Below, piece by piece: positions 56,785 through 64,000 of a stretch of 64,000 nucleotides of DNA (within the stretch, counting starts at the first letter, position 1; every line of letters begins with the position of its first letter). A program made the position numbers and the translations under genes. The notes below the pieces were generated by a model. The model saw only the letters and a list, made by a program, of their open reading frames with translations, did not search any database and was not told where the DNA came from. The stretch lies in NCBI GenBank assembly GCA_001600695.1, contig BCKQ01000002.1, positions 360,890 to 424,889 on the forward strand. Direction: 5' to 3'. The DNA is from Ascoidea asiatica JCM 7603 (taxonomy: Eukaryota > Fungi > Ascomycota).

Positions 56785-58074
56785 ATGGGTTTATTTAAAA
56801 GAAAAGAGAAAAAATCCAAAGAAGAAGAAAGTGAAGAATCTGCAAGAAGTTATTTACAAAATAAACTAGGAGCTCCAACTAAACAACAAAGTTCTCGTCG
56901 TAATAATTTTGATAATTTTAAAACTTATGCAAAAGAAAAAAATACACAAAAATCTGCGTTAGGTCCTTATAATGCAGAAACTATTCAAGCACAATCTAAT
57001 CCATATGCAAATATGAATAACAATACTTATAATAATAATAATATGAACAATATGAACAATATGAATTCTAACAACCCAAACAGTTTTAATTCTAATCCAT
57101 ATGGTAATAGCTTGAAAAAAAATAATTTGAATAGCTTTAATGACAATGCAACTGTTGGAACTGCGACTTTGAAAAATGAATTATTCAATAATAGAAATCA
57201 AAATCAAAATTCCTCAATGGGTAGAACAAATATGAATCAATCATCTTCGTATGATTCTAATCCGAATACTTATGATCCTGATGATTTAAATGCTCCTCCA
57301 CAAAATTTTTATAATCAAGAACAAGATGAAGATTTTAATTTAACTCCAGAAGAACGAGAACAAAAAAGATTACAAAAAGAAGAAGATGATGATGTTGAAA
57401 ATGTTAAAGGTGAAATTAAATTCACCAAACAACAATCCATTGCTTCAACAAGAAACACTTTAGCAATGGCTGCACAAGCTGAAGCTTCTGCAAAAAATTC
57501 TCTTGGTATGATTGGTGCTCAAAGTGAAACTTTATATAATATGAAAAGAAATTTAGCTTTAGCTGATACTCAAAATAAAATTGCTGATGATAAAGTTGTA
57601 CATTTACAAAAATTAAATCAAAGTGTATTTGCTATTCATGCTTCAAATCCATTTAATTCAAAAAAAAGACTTAGAAATAAAGAAGAAAAATTAATGACTG
57701 ACAAAATTATGGATCAAAATTTAAAAGAAGAACAAAGAAATACATTATATAATAGTACTGTAAAAATCAAAGATGCTTTAAATGAAAAATCTGGTCAAAG
57801 TCAAACGTTCCAAAAATATAATAGAGAAAAAATTTTAAATGCAAGTAAAAAATATCAATTTGAAAATGATAGTGAAGATGATGAAATGGAGGTTGAAATT
57901 GATACTAATTTGAATGCTATATCTGAAGCAACCGGAAGATTAAACCAAATGGCAAAAACAATAGGTAAACAAGTTGATATCCAAAATGATGACTTGAAAG
58001 TAATTGAAGAAAGTACTACAACTTTAGAAAACAAAATATACAGAAATAATATTAGATTAGGTAATATTCGTTAA
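56785..58074 (+). CDS. SEC9: Plasma-membrane Qbc-SNARE (SNAP-25-like)
   Basis: EIKFTKQQSIASTRNTL, AIHASNPFNSK and KYQFENDSEDDEME motifs; two SNARE motifs. Confidence 0.95.
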   Translation: MGLFKRKEKKSKEEESEESARSYLQNKLGAPTKQQSSRRNNFDNFKTYAKEKNTQKSALGPYNAETIQAQSNPYANMNNNTYNNNNMNNMNNMNSNNPNSFNSNPYGNSLKKNNLNSFNDNATVGTATLKNELFNNRNQNQNSSMGRTNMNQSSSYDSNPNTYDPDDLNAPPQNFYNQEQDEDFNLTPEEREQKRLQKEEDDDVENVKGEIKFTKQQSIASTRNTLAMAAQAEASAKNSLGMIGAQSETLYNMKRNLALADTQNKIADDKVVHLQKLNQSVFAIHASNPFNSKKRLRNKEEKLMTDKIMDQNLKEEQRNTLYNSTVKIKDALNEKSGQSQTFQKYNREKILNASKKYQFENDSEDDEMEVEIDTNLNAISEATGRLNQMAKTIGKQVDIQNDDLKVIEESTTTLENKIYRNNIRLGNIR

Positions 58075-58582
58075 TCATTTCAAATGCTTTTCCTTTTATT
58101 CTATTTTTTTTTTTTTTATTCAAAATCCTAAATTCTAATAATTAATCATTCATTTATTTAATTCTTCTATCATTGGTAATTTAAACCATTTATTAAACTG
58201 ACTATTTCATATAAATTCAGCTAGTGTAGTTAATCGATGGCTAAATCAATGAGACGTTATAAAATTCGAAAACGGCAATTTGATCCTCGGATATTGATAA
58301 AAATTTAAGTTTTAAGCGAAAAGAACCGTAAAACCGGTTTCTTTCCTTGAGACATCCAGAAACAAACAAAAGTTGCAGAAAATAAATCTTAAACTGCTCA
58401 TGATTAAACCTTCAAAGAATTTACCGTAAAATAACAATCACAAGTATTTTTAACTGAAAGTTTTGAAATATAAATATGTTTACTAATTCAAAAGAAATAT
58501 AATAGCTTCCTTTTAGATAAATTTCTCATTTGTTAAATTTGCTCTTTTTGAACTTTATTGGAAACTCTTCGAAGCTTAGACA

Positions 58583-61500
58583 ATGGTTTCTTATCCAATA
58601 ACTTCTAGTTTAACTTTTACTAAAGACTTTTCAATTAATGAATCAGATATAATTACAATTTCAAGTGACTTAGAAGTTATTTTTTTAAAAGGGGAAAACC
58701 AAATTAATGGTTTTAAGGAAGATGGAAATGAATTCAGTAATGAAGTTGATTTCAATAAAAAGCGTCCAACATATTTTTCTATAAAAGTTCTCGGTGCTTC
58801 ACTTTTGCCTTTTTTTCAAATTTTCAAATTTTTCAAAACTGATAAGTCTCTAAATAAAAATACAGTAAATATAGTTAATTACTCTTATTCTTCTACAGTA
58901 TTTGATAATAATGAATTTAAAATAACTGCTGATAAGTGTATAATATCCATTTCAAATCCTCCTGTTTTAGAAAATGTAGTGATTTCCCTTTCCAAAAGCT
59001 ATTATAGGGTATTGAAGAAACTCTCAAAACCAAAACAGAAAGAATTTTTGAAAGAGTCTTTAGACTCAAAATTAATGTCTAAAGGTCATTATTTATTTAT
59101 TAATAATTCCCAAAATATAAGAACGGGCAGAATAATTTTATGTGAGCCTTTTAGACAAGGGTTGTTTTCTGACTCAACAAAAATTACTTTAGTTCAAAAT
59201 AAAGAAGAAAACAATTTACAGAATGTAGAAGAATCTACTATGGAAAAAGCCTTTAACAGTCAAATATCTAATTTTCAAATAGATTATCTCTCTAATTTTT
59301 CTGATTATAATTCAGATCAACTCTTAGCTAAAGAAGGTACAAATGAAGTATCTTCTGTTTCACAAATTCCTTTTTCTGTTAGACCTTTAACTCAAAAAAT
59401 GAAAAACATAATACCTGAAACCAATTCAAATGAAGATGATAATATATTTGGATTTGTCCGATTGTCTGATCTTTTGAAACTAGGATGTTTTAGTGGTGGT
59501 TTTGCTAGTTTATCAGTTAAACCTTCAAATAAAAGTAAACGTAATAATTTGAATGAAACAAGTATTGTTAAGTCCAACATTATCATCAGATTATTTGCTA
59601 TAATCGAACCAACCAATCATGAACCTGGAACTATTCTTTTATCTCCAATTTTCCTTATTAATTTAAATAAACCTAAACATGTATTTATAAATAAACTTCA
59701 ACCTATTAAGGATAAAATAAATGAAAGTCATTTAAATATTAAAATTCCAAATGAATATATTGAGAGATTTCAAATTGCCAAAAAGATAATAATATCAAGA
59801 ATTGCTTCACCTTTAGCGTTGAATAAAACTTTTTTAGAGGTAATTTTAATGAAACTTAAAGATTATTTTGAAGAAACCATAAGAATTTTGAAAGTAAATG
59901 ATATAATTCCTATAACTTTGGATTTCATACAGGCATCTAACTTATATGAGATATATGGATCTTCTGGAATTGATAACGAGAAGAATTTTAATCAATTTCC
60001 TTCTACACTTCCAAATGGTGTAAAAAATAATGTAGTCTGGTTTAAAATAACAAGTATTTCAGACAAAGATACAAATGAAACTTCAGAAGAAATCATTGAA
60101 ACTAAAAAAAATCCTTTCAAACAATTCATTATCACTCCATTAAAGACTAAAATGATTCAGTCAGGCTTACTTAAGGATTTCAAACTTCCAGGAAATTGTC
60201 CTGATTTCAATTGGAGGGAATATTTAGGTTTAACTCCTGTTTTTCATTATTTAGATACCAAAAATGATGCTTTTATTCCAGCTAAGAAATTAAAAAAATT
60301 GATCAAAATTTCATTAACATCTTCCAAACAAAATAACTCTATTAATCTCAAAACAACCGTTCTTCTTCATTCTTCTACTAGAAATGTTGGAAAAGCAACT
60401 TTAGTAAGAGGTATTGCATTTGAAATGGGAATTAATATAATAGAATTAGATGGATATGATCTTGTTATACCTGGTCAAGATTTGAAGATTATTGGAACAA
60501 TACGTGGAAAACTTGATAAAATAGTTGAAAATTGTTCACCATTAATTATATTTTTAAGACATTTTGAAGCTCTTTGCAAAAAAAGTGACTCATCTAATAA
60601 TCCAGCTGATTCAATGGATCGAAAAAATAATTTTAATTTGAAATTTATTGAATTAATTAATGATTATATCAGTAAACCGGGAATTATTTTTATATTGTCT
60701 ATAAATCAGTTGGATAAATTAAGTGAAGATATTAGAAGTCTTATCAAGTTTGAAATCGAGGTTGGTGTGCCTAATGAAATTGAAAGAAAGGAAATATTTA
60801 ATTATATGATTGATTTTAATCATTCAAAATATTCTGTTGAGTCAGAAGGTTTATCTGGTAATGAACAGCTACAGAATTATGCAAAAATGAAATATCATTT
60901 TCTTCCAAGTGAGGATGTCACTGTTGATTCATTGGCATTACAATCAGCTGGTCTTACTCCTAAGGACCTAAAATTAATAGTTCAAACTGCAAATATAATT
61001 TCAATGGATTTTTACAAAAATGTGACTAAAAATAAGTCAGGAGAAAAGAATCTTACAAATTTAATTTCAAGTACAGGTGGTTGTTTGGATTTATTTAGTT
61101 CAAGTTTTATTAAGTCAATAAATGAGGCTAGATCTAAATATAGTGATTCTATCGGAGCCCCAAAAATTCCAAATGTTAAATGGGAAGATATTGGTGGTTT
61201 AGATTTAGTCAAAAACGAAATTTTAGATACTATTGATATGCCTCTTAAGAATCCAGAATTATTCAATAATGGTTTAAAAAAGAGATCAGGAATCCTTTTT
61301 TATGGACCTCCTGGAACAGGAAAAACACTTTTAGCTAAAGCTATTGCCACAAATTTCTCCTTAAATTTTTTTAGTGTCAAAGGTCCTGAATTATTAAATA
61401 TGTATATTGGTGAATCTGAAGCAAATGTACGAAAAGTATTTCAAAAAGCTAGAGATGCTAAACCTTGTGTAATTTTTTTTGATGAATTAGATTCAGTAGC

Positions 61501-62101
61501 TCCTAAAAGGGGTAATCAAGGAGATTCTGGAGGTGTAATGGATAGAATTGTATCTCAATTGCTAGCAGAATTAGATGGAATGTCAAGTAGTGATGGTGGT
61601 GGTGATGGTGTTTTTGTGGTAGGAGCAACAAATAGACCTGATTTATTAGATGATGCATTATTAAGACCAGGAAGGTTTGATAAAATGCTTTACTTAGGAG
61701 TTTCTGATACACATCAAAAACAAGCCAAAATTTTAGAAGCTTTAACAAGAAAATTCAAACTTGATGAAAATGTTTCTTTAGAAAGAATTGCAGAAGAATG
61801 TGCTTTTAATTTTACTGGAGCTGATTTTTATGCACTTTGTAGTGATGCAATGTTAAATTCTATGACTAGGAAAGCTTCTGAAGTTTATGCTAAATTGAAA
61901 ATATACAATGAAAAATTAGAAAAAGAAGGAAAAGCTTCTATAAATTTAAGAACTTGGTTTGATATTGTTGCAGTTGAAGAAGATATTTCTCCAATTGTAA
62001 AACATGATGATTTTGTGAAAGCATTACGAGAGTTAATTCCAAGTATTTCTGCAGATGAATTAACACATTATTTAAATGTAAGGAAAGAATTTGAAAAATA
62101 G
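58583..62101 (+). CDS. PEX6: Peroxisomal AAA ATPase
   Basis: Degenerate D1 Walker A (STRNVGKAT); D2 GPPGTGKT, FFDELD, RGNQGDSGGVMDRIVSQLLAELDG and ADFYALCSDA. Confidence 0.97.
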   Translation: MVSYPITSSLTFTKDFSINESDIITISSDLEVIFLKGENQINGFKEDGNEFSNEVDFNKKRPTYFSIKVLGASLLPFFQIFKFFKTDKSLNKNTVNIVNYSYSSTVFDNNEFKITADKCIISISNPPVLENVVISLSKSYYRVLKKLSKPKQKEFLKESLDSKLMSKGHYLFINNSQNIRTGRIILCEPFRQGLFSDSTKITLVQNKEENNLQNVEESTMEKAFNSQISNFQIDYLSNFSDYNSDQLLAKEGTNEVSSVSQIPFSVRPLTQKMKNIIPETNSNEDDNIFGFVRLSDLLKLGCFSGGFASLSVKPSNKSKRNNLNETSIVKSNIIIRLFAIIEPTNHEPGTILLSPIFLINLNKPKHVFINKLQPIKDKINESHLNIKIPNEYIERFQIAKKIIISRIASPLALNKTFLEVILMKLKDYFEETIRILKVNDIIPITLDFIQASNLYEIYGSSGIDNEKNFNQFPSTLPNGVKNNVVWFKITSISDKDTNETSEEIIETKKNPFKQFIITPLKTKMIQSGLLKDFKLPGNCPDFNWREYLGLTPVFHYLDTKNDAFIPAKKLKKLIKISLTSSKQNNSINLKTTVLLHSSTRNVGKATLVRGIAFEMGINIIELDGYDLVIPGQDLKIIGTIRGKLDKIVENCSPLIIFLRHFEALCKKSDSSNNPADSMDRKNNFNLKFIELINDYISKPGIIFILSINQLDKLSEDIRSLIKFEIEVGVPNEIERKEIFNYMIDFNHSKYSVESEGLSGNEQLQNYAKMKYHFLPSEDVTVDSLALQSAGLTPKDLKLIVQTANIISMDFYKNVTKNKSGEKNLTNLISSTGGCLDLFSSSFIKSINEARSKYSDSIGAPKIPNVKWEDIGGLDLVKNEILDTIDMPLKNPELFNNGLKKRSGILFYGPPGTGKTLLAKAIATNFSLNFFSVKGPELLNMYIGESEANVRKVFQKARDAKPCVIFFDELDSVAPKRGNQGDSGGVMDRIVSQLLAELDGMSSSDGGGDGVFVVGATNRPDLLDDALLRPGRFDKMLYLGVSDTHQKQAKILEALTRKFKLDENVSLERIAEECAFNFTGADFYALCSDAMLNSMTRKASEVYAKLKIYNEKLEKEGKASINLRTWFDIVAVEEDISPIVKHDDFVKALRELIPSISADELTHYLNVRKEFEK

Positions 62102-62584
62102 AGTTTGAGAAACATGATATATACAGTATATATTTCAACTTTAATTACTTATAAAATTCTGTATAAAATATGATTTATGATAACAGTTTAAATCCTAAAG
62201 CCCAATTTTGTTGTATTTATTATGTAGGAACGGCAAAGTGAAATAAAATTTATGAAATTTTAAATTGAAAATTTTCTTGACTAATAGTATTTTTCTTAAA
62301 ATAGTATTAAATCTTTATTTGATTTTTCGAATAATCAAGACTTTAAAAGATAAATACGAAATTTGTAAATTCAATTTATAGAAGTTTTGTCACAAATTTT
62401 TTCATCTCAAGATTGGTAAACTTAGTTCTTGAGGTGTATTATTTCATTTTCAAATGAAAGAGTCATTTCTCGAACAAAATTTCTTAATATATTTCAATAA
62501 GCCGTTTAAATCTTGAATATAATTATTAAAAAATATGAATTTTTTAAATATCTAATGATGACCGTAGCTGAAAGTATGATAATA

Positions 62585-63763
62585 TTATAATCTTGATATT
62601 GAGTCTGTAAGCCTTTGTATAAAAGCTTCTTCTTTTTTTAATTTATTTGAAATTTCTTCAATTTTTTTGGAATCTTTTTCAACTAATTCTTTTAATTTAT
62701 TATGTTCAATAGTATTTTTAGAGATATCATTTTCATAAGTTTTAATTGATGCTTCTAAAGAAGGTAATAAAATACTTTTTTTCTTTTGTTCATTTTCTTT
62801 TTCAAGTATATTTGATTTTATTTGATTAATTTCATTTTCTTCATTTTGAATTTTTTTTAAAAGTAATTGAATTTCTTTATTTAAATTTTCAACTTTTTCA
62901 TCTTTTAAATTTTTTTCAATTTTTAAAGATTCAAATTCTGAATTTTCATTTTTAAAAAAATTTTGATAAATTTCATCTAATCTTTTTGTTTCAATTTCAA
63001 TTTTTGAATTATTTTCATGATTTAAATTAACTAAAGTTGAATTTGCAATTTTTATTTGTGAGTTAAAATTTTGAATTTCATTTTTTAAATTCAATTCTTC
63101 TTCAGATTGAGTTGAATCATTAATAATATCATCATACTTTTTAATTAAATCATTTTCATGTTGTTTTAATTGAAATTCATACATTTTAGAATTATGATTA
63201 ATTTCAGATTCTAATAAATTTTGTTCATAAGATATTTGATCATTAATTGTATTTATATTTAATTGAAGTTCTTTAATTTTTGAATTTAATTGTAATTTTT
63301 TTTTAGTAAAAATTAAATTATTTTTTTGTAAATTTTCAATTTTTAACATATAATCATTCATTTCATTTTTAATTTCTAAAATTTGTTTTTCTTTTTTTAA
63401 AGATTCTTTTGAATAATATTCTTCAAATTTTTTACTTACATTTTTATTTGAATTTAAATTTGAATTTGATTTTAAATATTTTAATTGAAGATTATCATTA
63501 TAATGATTTCTATTTGAATTATCAAACTGAAAAGTTGAAGAGATTCCACTGTTATTATTATTATTATTATTATAGTTTAAAGGATTTATTGATGTTATTG
63601 ATTGATTTGAATTATCATTTTGAATCAAAGATTTATTTGATCGAAAAGAATGATTTGATTGTGATAAACCATAAAGAGAAATTTTTGGAACAGTTAAACC
63701 AGTTGAACCATTTGATCTTTGATTTAACCTTTTCTTTGGAATATTATTGATTTTATCAGTCAT
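62585..63763 (-). CDS. CIK1: Coiled-coil protein resembling the Kar3 partner Cik1/Vik1, without a motor-homology domain
   Basis: Long heptad region. Blocks MYEFQLKQHENDL, LKNEI...N..L..L..EN...LD...F.K and EEAFIQRLTDSI fall in the same order as my recollection of the S. cerevisiae Cik1 stalk and neck. The CDS itself is firm; the family call is moderate. Confidence 0.6.
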   Translation of the reverse strand: MTDKINNIPKKRLNQRSNGSTGLTVPKISLYGLSQSNHSFRSNKSLIQNDNSNQSITSINPLNYNNNNNNNSGISSTFQFDNSNRNHYNDNLQLKYLKSNSNLNSNKNVSKKFEEYYSKESLKKEKQILEIKNEMNDYMLKIENLQKNNLIFTKKKLQLNSKIKELQLNINTINDQISYEQNLLESEINHNSKMYEFQLKQHENDLIKKYDDIINDSTQSEEELNLKNEIQNFNSQIKIANSTLVNLNHENNSKIEIETKRLDEIYQNFFKNENSEFESLKIEKNLKDEKVENLNKEIQLLLKKIQNEENEINQIKSNILEKENEQKKKSILLPSLEASIKTYENDISKNTIEHNKLKELVEKDSKKIEEISNKLKKEEAFIQRLTDSISRL

Positions 63764-63767
63764 GAAG

Positions 63768-63770
<3 letters not shown>

Positions 63771-63807
<37 letters not shown>
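63771..63807. repeat. (TA)n microsatellite immediately upstream of the CIK1-like ATG
   Basis: About 18 TA units with one interruption. Confidence 0.9.
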
Positions 63808-63808
<1 letters not shown>

Positions 63809-64000
63809 TTTATTATGTTTAGATTATAACGAAATCTTTAGAATATACAAGAGAGAATAACTAAAAAAAGTATTAATAAAGAAAAAAAGAAGAGAAAAGA
63901 ATAGAATAGAAAGAAAATGAATGAATAAGTCAATTGAAGTTATAAAAATATTATATTCTGATTAGAATATTTATCAAAAACATTCATTTTCCAATAAATT

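Noticed and set aside
60370-60400. Degenerate Walker A in the first AAA domain of PEX6
   Set aside because: Normal for the Pex6 D1 domain; not a pseudogene sign.
1-64000. tRNA, rRNA, snRNA, LTR or transposon sequences
   Set aside because: No T-loop/B-box cloverleaf, snRNA signature, transposase/gag-pol ORF or long terminal repeat was seen by eye. tRNAscan-SE and Rfam would be needed to exclude them fully.

Overview
A gene-dense, very AT-rich nuclear chromosome segment from a budding yeast (Saccharomycotina) outside the Saccharomyces family: it keeps a complex I subunit (NDUFS6-type), the mitochondrial class 2 dihydroorotate dehydrogenase URA9 and a NIPA Mg2+ transporter. About 27 protein-coding genes can be supported: an M28 aminopeptidase, DBP5, ATP5, RML2, MAK10 (2 introns), PAL1, a GPR89/GPHR protein, TOM6 (56 aa, absent from the ORF track), ATG31-like, BRE1, STD1/MTH1, an SMP-30 lactonase, URA9, GET2, SEC28, a DUF3237-like protein, NDUFS6, IDH1 (1 intron), GRR1, NIPA, MPP6 (1 intron), PWP2, SEC9, PEX6, a CIK1/VIK1-like coiled coil and three orphans. 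Many proteins carry poly-Asn microsatellite expansions. Intergenic regions show short GC-richer promoter islands, and some genes have long ATG-depleted leaders. I saw no tRNA, rRNA, transposon or CRISPR, and no clear novel multi-gene system. The best leads are: a Cik1/Vik1-like gene that stops exactly where the motor-homology domain should start; an 18-unit SxxS ladder in Std1; scarce CTG codons (possible alternative CUG decoding); a small secreted protein ending in HVEL; a candidate Irc23/Bsc2 ortholog; a nested-hairpin island; and a possible hidden snoRNA. All gene names rest on motifs recognised from memory, not on database searches.
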